In this document: piece after piece, positions 14,062 through 27,385 of the stretch
How the letters are laid out: every line of letters starts with the position of its first letter
Numbering within the stretch: position 1 is the stretch's first letter
Assembly: GCA_965153455.1 (NCBI GenBank)
Contig: OZ234493.1
Coordinates: forward strand, 29,750,213-29,814,212
Direction: 5' to 3'
Origin: Sphagnum compactum
Lineage: Eukaryota
DNA: 64,000 nt
Program-made: the position numbers and the translations under genes
The notes under the pieces: model-generated
Databases searched by the model: none
What the model was told of the DNA's origin: nothing
The model's input: the letters and a program-made list of their open reading frames with translations, nothing else

Positions 14062-15880
14062 GTAGCAACGAGGCTTCCAGGACTACCTAGTCTGTCCGTG
14101 GAATGCAGCTCAGTCACCTCCACAATAGAACCTTATTGCACACAATGAGGAGTGAGGTCCTGAGGGGGTCCTGGGTTTTGGGCTCTTGTTTTCTTCCCAT
14201 GATTTTCTTGGCCTGCCCCACCCATAACCCAAACTTCCATCTGAATTCTGGACTCAAGACATGTTCGTTTCTGGAGGCTTGGACCCATCTGTGCAGTGTT
14301 GTCGCGCATGATTGATCTTCTCAGTCTTTTATGTGTCATTTAAAACGTCTTAGTTACAAATCACTATTTTGGAAATGTTTTCTTGGCGTCTTTATGAAAG
14401 GTTACATGACCCCAGTTGGCCATAAAAGGAGGCCATGTTGACATCGTCACATCCAGTACTGGAGCTAAACAACTGAGTAATCAGACGAACTAGGGGAGAA
14501 GTCAACTTGGCAAAATAGCTAAGCAAAAGGGTCTCCTGTTGATGTAAACCTGCCCAACTTTTTATTCCATTTACTGCCGACTAAACAACTCAGTAATCAG
14601 ACTGCAGAGCTCTCGATTAAGATCCAGGGCATTCAGGGTTCGGCAGGCTGTAACTTGCAAGTCAGGATTGTATTCTGGGCCACCTACTTAATGATCATTG
14701 AACTTGAGTCAACTCCTGGGCATGTCCTTAATGGACTACTCAAATCAAATGGTACACAGGTTTATGAATCGGCTTACAGTTGCAGCTGCATTCTCTTACA
14801 AATCACACGCTTGCATAGGTAAGTTTATTTCATTGCAATTTGTTTTTTGGCAGGAAACAAAATTGCTTTTTTTGCTGCTATTGAAGGGATGGGTATTTGT
14901 GGGGACTGCTTCCCCCCAGGAAATCTATTCTATATGCTGCCCATGGTCAGAATAAAATTGCACAGCCAGCACGCAAATGTACAATTGTTCCACAAATACA
15001 CAATGAGCAAAATACTCGTCTTTGATGATTTGAATGGGCAGGAGTGTGAACTTGGGGGGCTCTTCCTCCATGAGCAACTTTTGGGCAAGTCTTTGTATGC
15101 CAGTTTTATCAAGTAGCCACCTTTTCAAATGCCTTAAAAGAAAGGAAGTCATCAATGTTTGTAAGAGAAAAAACAAAATGTGATTGAAAATCACTTGAGA
15201 TTGAAACCTAGTGGCGTATCTCAAAAAAATCCTGTGATCTTCAGGTATTAGTGTGGCTAGTCAATAAATTATAGCTTTCATTAAATTACTACAGTGATAA
15301 TTTGTTTGTAAATTGTGATGGATGAAAACAGAAAATCTGCAAAATCAATGTTCCCAAGGGCTCAAGCAATGACCATTATAGGGTTTTGATTGCCAGGTGA
15401 CAGTTTGAAAGTTAGTATGCTGCAATAATCATCGCTTGTTCTTGTTCATTGGAGAGTCCTTTGCTTGCAGGACACTTGGAATAAATTTCCCTCTCAAGAA
15501 GCCAGTACTTCTTGCATGTTGTCCACATTCTTGCTCTTACAACCTCCAATTGTGTCCACTTTGGAACCCATTCTCTTTGTCAAAACATTTGAGGAACTAA
15601 CAGATTTCACAAAGTATACTCTACTAGGATGCAGTTCTGGGATGGATTATGCCCACACATGTACCCACCAAATTGCAGTTAAAGCAGCAGCAGCTTCTGC
15701 CCCCAGAATAGAAACTCAAAAGTCTCTAAATGCATTTTTGTCCATTTCCCATATTTTTTTGCCTCAGCAAATTTGGTATCTGGTGCAAGGTCAATTAATA
15801 TTTACATCCAACATGTACAACAACTGCTCTCAAAAAGTCTGGTAACAAGTTTGCAGATCATCAGTTGCTGCTATTAGAGT

Positions 15881-16222
15881 GCAACTAGATTCTACAACCA
15901 AGAATTGTAAGCGAGTGTGTGCATTGCTTGTTCAGTCTGTTCCTCGAGACTCCAGACTGCACTAGGAATGTCAAACTGTAGATTGGGCAGTACTTAATTA
16001 ATTACTACTTGATCAGACGTCAGTTTGAACATGATTATCTGCTAAACCCAGGGGCAATAGATTCTACAGCTAAGAGTTGTAAGCAAACAGTCAGTGTGCA
16101 AGTTTTTTGTCCATTCTGTTTGTCCAGACTGCACACTTCCAGACTCCAGACTGCGAATGTCAAACTCTGTATTGGGTTTATCAGATGTCAGTTTGAACAA
16201 CATCATTGTCTACTGTAAACCC
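15881..16222. repeat. Diverged tandem duplication of a unit of about 170 bp (15881-16049 and 16054-16222)
   Basis: Shared blocks in the same order: TAGATTCTACA, TTGTAAGC, AGACTCCAGACTGC, GAATGTCAAACT, ATCAGAYGTCAGTTTGAACA, TAAACCC. Confidence 0.8.
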
Positions 16223-19200
16223 GAGTGCCATCCAAACTCAACGTCTATGTGTGCATGGCAACTCCTCATAACCTCAAATTCATGATCATTTTATTAGTAC
16301 AAATAAGGGCACTTATGAAATATGAAGACAAAAATGTCCTGTACTACTACCAATGTAGTAACTAGCTCCCTAGTTAGGCACTAATTAATTTATTTTGAAA
16401 GTGTGAAAAAATTCTGACAAATACTTGCCTGCCTAGTGTACCTATCATGCCCACAAATCCGGAAAATGGGCAGAAGAAAGTGTTTAAACTTTGAACTACA
16501 ATCTCCTACATTTTCACAAGTCACGTAAAGAGGAAACAAATCCTTGAGAACCTTGAGAACCTGTGCATTTTATCTTGTACTTGTTATGTATGTGTGATAT
16601 GTCCTATGTTGCATTCTCAATGGGTAGTGGCAAATTAGGAATGACTTTTGATTGGACAAGTCTTCTTTCATTTTTAGTCATTAAAATGTCATGTATGATT
16701 GTCCTTTTCGTCCCTTAAGATCTTTTATCATCATTGCCTAAGCATGAATCCCCCCCCCAAATAAAAAAAGAAAAAAAGTGTTGAATTGTAAAATTTTATT
16801 TATTGCTTTTACTGTTGAAAATAAATGACAATTTTTTAAAAAAATTATTAGGCACCTTGTTGTTGAACCAAGTTACATTACTACATGTTATTCATTTTCA
16901 ATTTGTTTGGTTTCTTGTCCAAAATGAAAGGTGTAATTTTTAAAAATATTTTCAGAATGATGGGACAAATGTAGGGGCATAAGGAATATGATTCTCAAAT
17001 GGTATGTGGTAAATGATTTCAAATATGTGGAATATTTCCCACCAAGTAGTACCTTATTCAAAGTGTTACCATATAATCATGTTTTGTAGCTCGAGTGAAA
17101 CAAAATGATTTTACAACTTCTAATGGGATGGTTAGATTTTTATTCCTTTATATATCTTGGTCTTAACTATTTTACAAACTAAATAAGCAATATTGTTGTT
17201 TGTCTTTGTGAAATCAAAGTGCGGGTATATTGTATGTCTTCTTCTCCTCACTCTTCATAGGTACTACGCAAAGTGGAAAAGTTATTTTTTCTTCCCCCAA
17301 ATAGAACACCAAGAAAATCTTATAGTCCATTCGATTCTTTATGTTCTTTCCCATGGTGTATATTTGTATTTGTATACACCAGCCCAACCCCCAAAAGGAG
17401 AACTTCAAGCAAGGAAGGTACATATATCCTAGTTGGGTTTGAATGATTTGGTACAACATACTTTGTGGCATGTCCTTGAATTCTAAATTCTGCATATGCA
17501 AAGAATAGTTTCAATGTTCAAGACAAATAGGTGTAAGAAGCTAAAGTGATCCAGTCCCCGAAACACCCACTTCAAATTTCATTAAACTTTTCTTAGATCG
17601 CATCATTCATTGGGTTATGAACAATTGTTTGAAAGTTATGCAACTCCAAATTTGGAATTGGGTTCCATTTTGGAATTTGTAACGAAACCCAAGAATGTGA
17701 ACTACATTATGTGGAAAACGTCCAACAAAATCATTTCGACGTTGAAAAAAGCCAATTGTATAGGCACCAAGCAAGTTAACATCCTCATTTGAGGAAAATT
17801 GCTTCATGTGCAAGAATGATCAACTATATACATAGCAATTGATCCTTGTTTTGTTTGACATACTGTAGCCTAAAGTCAGTTTCCACATGGACAAAACAAA
17901 TTATTATTAATATTTTTATAAAATTAGTTCAATTTTATAAATTTAAAATTATTACTTTTAATGATCTACAATGATATTGTCGTATGAGGACTGAGATTCT
18001 TTAAATTGTAGCCTATGATAATTATGATGGTTTTCAATAGCTCAGCTTCATATTTTTTGGAAAATCATTTCACTATTTTAAATATTATTTGATGATGAAA
18101 TTGAGCCTATGGGAAAAGTATCTAGGCCTTTTTTATGGCTACTTCACTTCAATGATCAACATGAATACTATAGTACCTAGGTAGCTTTGGCAATTGCATG
18201 TCAAATAATTAATGTTGTTTACTTTTTAACTTTGGCATATGAATATTTTTATTTTGGAATTTTCGGTAGGCAAGGAATATGGTTATGAAAAGCAAATGAA
18301 TTGTCATAAGTTTATTGTTGTCCTGGTGGTTAAATGGTTCATTGTTAGTACATTGGAGTGGACTAGCCTAAGGTTTCGAATATGGCTACCTTCAAATGTG
18401 GTTTTAACGATTTTGATTGTATTTCTGAAATTTTCAACATAAAGCATTGATATTTTTTTCAAAAATTCAGCAAAATAAAAATCATTTAATTTATGTTGAA
18501 ACAAACTCGCCCATGTACTATGTGGTATGCTTTTTACTATTATCATTTTATATTGAAGAATCACATATTGAATATGTATTCAAGGGTTTTTTCTGGGAAT
18601 GTAAGAAGTTCTTTTCAAATATCAACTTCTTGTTAATTACATTGCTTTTCTCATATACGGTTTCCTTATGTTTCACATATATGAAAGTAAAACTTTAAGT
18701 GGATTTGTCATTCTTTCATATTGGTGTTGCCCTTGAATGCATGTACTTTGTACTTCCAAATTTTAAATATCATACTTATTATCTATTGAAATCCTAGCGT
18801 GGAAGTAGGTTTCACATATGTAGAACATGTTTGAAGCCGGGGGCTAGGGGAGGGAGGGATTGCATATCCTTGGTTTTTCCTTCCATTGATTTTCAAGATT
18901 GATGTTTGAATGTTTTCAACATCAATTCAATTTTTCACTATAGACAACATGTAACTAAATAGTTGTTACATTTGCATATCCTTGCATTTTCCTGTCACTA
19001 ATTTTCAAGCCTCATCTTTGAACACTTTCAACATCAATTTTTTTTTAATCACAACCCATGTAAACTAAATAATGTTCACACTTGCAATACTACATGTTAT
19101 TGCATTTGCACCCATGAACTTGTCGAGTGATATGAATAGTAATACAGAATTTGGACAGTAGCAAAATGATTGTTTTTAAAATATCATACTCATTTCCTAG

Positions 19201-19759
19201 TTCTTTACAATCAAGTCCAAGGGAAAAAGTTTCATTATACTATAGAAGGAAATGATGCATTTCACGGTATCTCCTCACTCACCTCAATTGCACAAAACAA
19301 ATAAATTACATGTTTAGTTTAATTTGAACCAAAAGTAGGTTAAGGTTCATCATTACCCTTGAAGCCATAAATACAAAGAATTACTCCCCTAAATTTTGTA
19401 GTTCTCCCTAGCCCTTTCATTGAAATGCAAAATTCACTAATCCCAAAAGTCCCATTCCATGTATTGTATTCATGAAGTTATCATAAAATAACTAGTTTTG
19501 ATTTTTTTGATTTTTTAATGTGTAATTTTGATGTTCCATGGATGTTTTGGGGCGATGTGTAGTGCTAACAAGCAGGTCATCGAGTAATGGCTCTGCCCAA
19601 TGTTATATGACCATGATCAATATTTTATTCCAAAGACCAACTCCTTACGAAGGAAAATAAAGAATCTTTAGGAGTATTGTATTTTTCAAAATTGAATATT
19701 CAAAATTAATTCATTGTTTGGGAGGCATGTGCCAAACCTGCCAAGGTACTATAGTATAT

Positions 19760-20200
19760 GGAATGTTTACAATTTAAAATTTTGAAAACTGAAATGTTTG
19801 AATTTTGATGTGTGAATACTGAAAGCTGAAAATTGAAAATTGTATGTGAAATGTTTGGAATTTGAAATTTTGAGAACAAAAATGTTTGAATTAGGATGTG
19901 TGAATACTGAAAGTTGAAAACTAAAAACTGAAATTTGAAATGTTTTTGTGAAATGTCTGGAAGGAATCTGAAATTTCGAAAACTAAATTGTTTAAATACT
20001 GAAAACAAAAAACAAAAAACAAAAATGTTTAAATACTGAAAATTGAAAATTGAAATGTCTGAGTATTGACTACTGAAAACTGAAATGTTTGAATACTGAA
20101 AACTAGAAACTGAAATGTCTAGATAATGAAAATTAAAAACAACAATGTTCGAATTCTAAAAACTGAAATTTGAAATCTCTATATGAAATGTCTGGAATTT
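19760..20200. repeat. Degenerate minisatellite built from TGAAAAC / TGAAATGTTTGAATAC units
   Basis: ACTGAAAACTGAAATGTTTGAAT-like units are repeated throughout. Confidence 0.8.
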
Positions 20201-23200
20201 TAAATTATATCTTACATTTTACATCCATAAATTGTCAAATAAAAGCTCAACATGGCAAAAAACCCTTACGCATTTTGCTTTTATGTTGGTTGCTAGGTCC
20301 CAATGTTTTGTCTTTACAGCCAAACATGAAAACACTTACATGCTTTACATTTGAAATTGGCTATATCACACCACACACTTGAAGCAAAAACGAAAAAGAG
20401 ACCTGTTTACATCAGTCTTAGTCTCAACAGAAGTGTTTACTCATGTTTGAGTTGCAAGACACTTGAGGTTGGTACCCCATATCCAATGTTTAGTTTGAAG
20501 AGAAATAACTAAACTCTTATCATCAGTAACTTGATTCTATTACCACTTTCAAATTAGATGTTTCAAACCAACATTTGTTAATATGGACAAGATATGAAAA
20601 TTGTAGTCATAGATTCAATGTGATGTTCATAACCTTGTCCTTTCTTCAACTTCACTAAAGAGTCTGGATTCTAGCTTGTTAACTTTTTCTCAGAAGCAGA
20701 TTAGAAAGTAACTAGTCACAATGCTTTAAAAAGCCACAGGTGACCAGAATCAAGTGTAACATTAGATATTATATGTAAGAGATTTCCCTACACAACCAAG
20801 GATGCAGATAGCAAATGGCATTAAAATTGAACACATACCTTTTTATTATATCCAATCGATCAATGCTACAAAAGAATCATATTAGATTCTTATACATGGG
20901 AGAGAAACCCTGTCCAAGTTCCAGCAATTCATTACCATGTGCTTTGAAAACAACATGCACACACAATAGTGACTACATATTAATTGTTAACTATCAGTTC
21001 AATAGCCTTGTGCAAAAGCCCTTTCTTGTTACATGGGGGGAAAAGCAAAATTTTTGCTTTAACACAAATGGTCATAGCACCACACAAGATGAGTTATAGA
21101 TAAAAATGACACCCAATAAAAGACCCTCACAAGGCTGGTTGGTAGAATTGAACCAAAAAGTGAAGATCTCACAAGAGCACATATTGCAACAACTATTCAC
21201 AAAATTCCTTTTTTTTAAAAAGGAGAAACAGATCCTCCTTCAACATGAGCAAAGGAAAGTGATCTAGATTCCTCTCTGTCTCTTTCACACTTGAATATAA
21301 AAGAAGAGAGGGTGCAATGGAAGGGATACAAACCCATTATGACTTCACAATTTACTGCAGTAAAATGCACTAATTGGAACCCACAATAGGCATTTTTGCT
21401 ACATGACGTCATGAAGGAAGAAGAACAAACATGTCATGTGAATAGTTAAGCCCAACTTTGACAATCTTTTTGGGAATTTGCATGGCACCACACCCTTGAG
21501 GCATTGGAAAATGCCAAGTTTATCTTCTACTATTCATTTACTGAAGCAACAAAGCCAACCTGGCACCAAGATCAAAAGTCCACAAACCACAACGTTAAGC
21601 TCATGCTCAATGCATCAGATGAAAAGAAGCCAAGCCACCTCCATAGGCTTTTATATGCACTTTTTGATTAAAATACAAGCGCAACCTGCACCTTGCTATG
21701 AGTACATTCTCAACTTATAATATGCATGCAACAAAATCCCTTTCCTTCCAAATAAAACTTATGCACCTTTGCTAACAACTCTTGACAACAAAGACTGGGT
21801 ATTACAAGCTTTTCAACAAAACAAACAAGTATAGCTACATTGGGGACAAAATGAAACAAGAAAGAAATGGTGGTCAACTTGAGAGCAGTTTATCTCAATA
21901 TGCAAAAATTATGACAAGACAAAGATCATAACTACTCATAGAACTTTGAGTTTGTTTCCTTGATCGTTCGCTCAGTTGTCTCTGATGTGGGTCCTTGAAA
22001 TTGCATGTTGCTGGTTCATTCATTTGTGGAATGTGCATAGGTCCACCCTCCTTCTCAACTGATGTTTTTTGGAATATCATTGTGAACCCTTCACTAGTAG
22101 TAGGTCCTTTGCATCCCACGCTCTAAATTTGGGCAATGTCCCACCCTTTGCTGGTTGACAATAATCCGCACAACATAATTCAGACAAACAACAAAAAATT
22201 TGATGTATGATTACTCCAAACTAAACCAAAATTTTGGACCTCAACATCTTGGAGATGTAATTGCAACACACAAGGAAGAAGTTATTTCCAAACTTATTGG
22301 CTTTTCTGGCCTTCCAGCTCCTACACATGATCGAGATTTGTTGAGGGGTGTGCCAGATGTAAGTACTAACCTATGATCCCCAAATGCACACCTACCTTTC
22401 TCCCATGCAAGGGAAAAAGCACCAAATCCAACCCCCCTTGCTATTAGCCTCCTAGGATAAGAAGGTTGCATTGGTGACTGGTCTGTATTGTGGCTGGAAC
22501 CTTCCGCACTACTCTGGTTTGAATTATGGTTGGAATCTCGATCTATTACACCACGCCTAGGTGGATTTTATGTAGATCATATGGCATTGGTCTATCTAGT
22601 CAATAAACCACAAGTTTCCGGGATAATAGCTAGGTGGTTGTTTTTGTTTTTAGAATACGACTTCATAGTAGTGTATAAGCCATGTAGAACTCATGTAATT
22701 GTAGATGCATTGTCAAAACTAACAGACACTACAAAAACCATAGGTGTGCCTGATCAAACCACAAATGCAACCAAGAATGGAAACTCTTGTTTTGTAGTTT
22801 GATAACTGGGAATCCTCAATATGTAGGCAAAGGGGGCCTTGCTAGGGGTCCTACAAGAGCAACAATGCCTTCTAATCTGAACTTGTGTAAAACAAAAACC
22901 ATTGCAAAAGCCTTTATCTCTATTGTGTTATAATTTTATTCTGTTATGTTTCAAAAGTTTAGAAGCATACACCACCAGTTGATCACGTTCCCTGTTAATT
23001 CTGAGACAACATAGCTCCTACAATTAGTAATGATGCATCTGTATGAACATGAAAAGTTCCACCTACCAATTTAGTGATATCAATATCGGTGCTTCAATAT
23101 ACTTTTGTTTGATCAACTCCCAACCTTTTGACACTCTTCTATCCAAAGAAAAGTCCTTGTTTTTTTGGTCAGTTTAGTGATTGGTGCCATAATAGCAACA

Positions 23201-24881
23201 AAGTTTTTGATGAAGCATTTGTAAAATTGTGCCATACCATTGAATACTTGAATTTGTTGTGAATTCTTAGGTGGTGGCATGTTTACTATTGCTTGTATTT
23301 TCTTTGGATCTAGTAGTTTCCTTTTTTAGAAACAATAAAACCCAATATCATCCTTGAAAATACCATAAATGCACATTTGCCTGGATTCAGACTAATGCCA
23401 TATTCGTCGCACTTTTGAAAACATAGTCTGAGCTTCTGTAGACGATTCTCCATTTCATTATACACTATAAAATCATCCAAAAATTTATCTTCATAAAACT
23501 GTCCAAATATTCTCTGAATGTTTTGGTAATAACTCTCTAATATGTTGGAGGTCCATTTTAAACTCCAAATAACATCACCTTCCATATAAAAGCCCCCTAA
23601 TTTGTAACAAATGTAGTATTGTATCTATCCTCTTGAGCTATAAAAATTTGATGATATCATGAATATCCATCTAAGAAAGAATATGCGTCATTTCCCTACT
23701 ACTATGTTCAAGATTTCATCTGTGAAAGGTACTGGGTATGGATCCCTTTTGTGGTTGCATTTAGTTTTTTGAAATCTGTATAGATTTTCAGTTTGCCATT
23801 TTTCTTGGATACTATTATTATGGGTGACAACCATGTAGCCTCCTTTACAGATTGAATGAATCCAATTGCTAACAACTTGTTTATGTCTTGTTTGATTACT
23901 ATAACATGGTTTGGATTTAATTTGTACTTGGCCGATGTGCTGGTGGTATAGTAGTATCCAACTCAATTTTGTGTTGTGCTAGCTTTAGTGGAATCCCTTT
24001 CAAATCTTTGTATGTCCATGCAAAAACATCTTTGAACTCCTTCAATAGCTGCTTCACTTCCAACACTTTGTTTATTTTTAATTGTGCACTAATATTCACC
24101 AATTGTGGTTTGCATCAGTTCTCAGATTGAACTTCATTAATTGTTGATTTTTAATTAACGTCCATCTAGCTATTTATAATTCTTGTGCTTTGATTTGTGT
24201 TGGAGTTTCATCCATTACAACACTCCTTGGCTGATGACTATAATATGTCTTCGGATACACCTTATCCTCCAAAACTATTTTTAGCTCATATTTGTTGTCA
24301 GCTAACTTCTTTTCTATGCTCTGTACTCTAAATTCTTGTTCTGAAATACTAGTCTTCACATCTGTATCCATGATTTCCACATTTGTGGTCTTCACAGATT
24401 GAATTGTCTCACTTGTAAACTGATTATTCCTATTGAGAACAATTCTGGCTTTGTAGCAAAGATGATATCTTCTTTTTCATCTGTGATACCATTCTAATAA
24501 TCGTAGCACAATACACTTCTGGTCTTCTTACTTCACCTCCCAAATGCTTGGTGATTGTAATTGTTCTAACTGTCCCATTCCCTTGTATGGTAATAATGTT
24601 ACTCCCCTAATCATGTGCCATTTTAACATCCCTCAAACATGGTCTCCTTAACAACATGGAATAACTAAAATTTACCACACTATTTTAAAATACAGTAAAC
24701 GTAGTTATGTAAGGAATGCCATGAACATATATCTTAAGATCTCTAATCAACCCCACTAGTTTTGTGGTTATTTGATATGCCATCCTTAGATTATATGGTG
24801 TAAGTTGTTTGGAAGCCTTAACCTTAATCTCAATTATTCTGTGATAATATTAATTCCAAAACCTCCATTCAGTAGCACATC

Positions 24882-27385
24882 TGTGAGTCGTAATTCAACA
24901 ATATCCTCTCCCTTAGGCCTCATAGGTGATCTTTTATCTAGTAAATAACCTTTGAGAATAGGTATTAGTGACATTTAGGAAATTATAATTAAATTGAACG
25001 TTTTGGGCCATTTCAAATTTATGAATAAGTTGGGGATAATTATTCAAATATTAGAGGTTGAATATTTTTATTAGTGTAATGATGTGCATTTAATTATCGA
25101 ATTATTATTCATTAGAACTATTTGAGTATTATATAAGTTGTAGGCATAGTTCTGGATTTGATTGCTTACTAGGGAAGCATGCATCAAACCAAACTTATGC
25201 ATCTAATTGAATACAAAAAAATCATTTGATTAAACAAAGGTCAAAAGTACAATGATGTTTCATAAGTAAACACAGTACTCTATTGATGGGCATGTAAGAA
25301 AATTTTGTATGTTACTAATAAATTCTACGAAAAATAAGACAACAAAACTCGTACAGCCTAGTAGATTTTCATAACTATAAGAAGTCAATCAGTTGGCGAA
25401 TGGTGCGAACAAGGTATTCAACTTTTTGTTCCATCAGTAACGGGTTTATTGAACACTTGAACCAATGATAATATCCATCACCAAGGACTCAAGTTTTGTA
25501 GAAAAGACAAACATTGTCATCCTTACACTAACATTCATCAAATCTTTTAAGCCTAGTTCCTAAAGCAGGAACTAATTCTAAGTAGATGGCAAGAGCGTGA
25601 GGGTTAGGTGACATGCAATGATCCCACATTGACTAAACCACTCGAATGCACATCACCTTTTCGATCGGTTTTTCTTCACACGGCCATTGGGAGACATTCA
25701 CGTCAATTGGTGCTTCTTCAAGCTCTTCATTTTGTACTGGCATAATCAGAAAAGATGAAGACGTAATGGCATTAATTGCCATGGTTCGATCCTTGCCTAC
25801 ATCAACATAAAACAAAATAGTAATTCAAAACAACAATCTTGGACTTATATTCGAAAGAAGGTGATGCTTTTATCTGGGAATTTAGGGTAGGCACAGTTGT
25901 GGCGGTGTAGGTTACGACAGCGAAATTATGAAAAAAACTCGACACCCTAGTTCTGATTGATTCATGAAGCCCTAGTTTCGATGATGGATTTAAATAATAT
26001 ATAAGAATTCTTATAGCAAAAGATCTATTCACAAGTAACTAATATAATTTACTATGTACTACGCAATTAATTAGTAAATGGTAATGAATCACTAGTATGT
26101 ATTAAAGAAGTAAATAGTACATAGGCTAAGAAGAAGGTTATTAATGTTTTTGAGTTGGCTTGGTCAAAGAAGGACTAAAGGATGTTACTTTTTATTACCG
26201 GTAATTATCATAAGGGTTAGTTACTTTAGAAGAATTAGGATGAAAAATTAGGATGATAGGTCAAACGGATGGGATTGGCAATGATAAAATTTAAGGCATC
26301 CCATCAAGATATCCAAGAAAAGGGAAGGATGAAATCCTCCAAATTCAGTGGTCATGAAGATTGTTGTTTGAAATTGATTGGTGGATGGAAACCTCTTTAG
26401 TGTTCCATTGGGTATAAGGATTCTCAACCTAAACATCAATGGAGGGTGGATTCATCATCATAAAATCCCATTGGTTCATGAAGGGAGAAGAGACCTTTGA
26501 TTGGAAGGAAGGATTTCCACAAGTTCCCATTGGCCAAGGGAAATTAACTTAAAGAGGGGTCAAATGAGAGACTCCTTGGAGCTTGAAGTTTTTTTGCTTG
26601 TTGGGTGTGTGATGTGTTGTAAGAGAAGTGTGTGAGAAGGAGGAGTTAACTGAGTTTGTGTGAATGTGTTGTTCATGAACATAATGATGTGTGCAAGCAA
26701 AAGGAACATGGAAAAAGATTAGGTGTAGAAAGTAAAAGGAGTTGGAGTTTTATGGAATATTATCGATGGACAAGTATCTAGATTTTTACTAAAATATTTG
26801 TTTCTCCCAAATCCACAGTTAAATTTGTGTCAAACTTCAATCAATATTAGAGTATGAGTTGGAAATGTTTTCTTTTTTTTTTCAACATCATCCAAACTGA
26901 TGTACAGGAGCTACATTTGTTAGAAGTAACAGGAGTTCTAAGGTTGGTTTTTCCCAACATTGTAAAAATAATCTCTTGGGTTTTGGGGCATATTTTCAAA
27001 CTGTAGAAATAAAAATTTATAAAATTTTGTGCCAAAGTTGCTTTTGATATTAGTTTTCCAATAATGTTATGCATGTTAAATTTGAAGTTTGTATGAAGAC
27101 ATTATGATGAAGTGAATGAAGGGAAGTCAAATTGCCAAAACATGAATGCCAACGACATCAACATTACTTCTTCATACTTTGTCATGGTAAGTGTTGATTC
27201 TTCCAAACATGTTTTGATATTTACTAAAAGGACACAATGCAATAGGTTCCTTCAAATGATTAATTACACTCCATTGAACAACATTTTTGTTCGTTTGAAA
27301 ACAATTACGTAGTAGGTCCATCCCGAATGAGGGTTGTGAGTACTTGCATGTCTTCGAATTAAAGGGTGTGTAAGAATCCTTCACA
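24882..27385. mobile_element. 2504-bp nested insertion, probably a large solo LTR
   Basis: Termini are TGTGA...TCACA, with a perfect 5-bp TSD ACATC (24877-24881 and 27386-27390). Removing it restores the host protease text IED-VLLNGG. No internal LTR pair or pol motifs were seen. Confidence 0.85.
25375..25900 (-). pseudogene. Fossil ORF of unknown family inside the 2.5-kb insertion
   Basis: About 145 codons in one frame (25815-25375), interrupted by only three internal stops (TAG, TAG, TGA). There is a probable frameshifted upstream part. The region is more GC/CpG-rich than its flanks. Confidence 0.5.

Noticed and set aside
16500-19500. Possible DNA-transposon coding remnants in AT-rich sequence
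   Set aside because: No diagnostic motif could be read with confidence.
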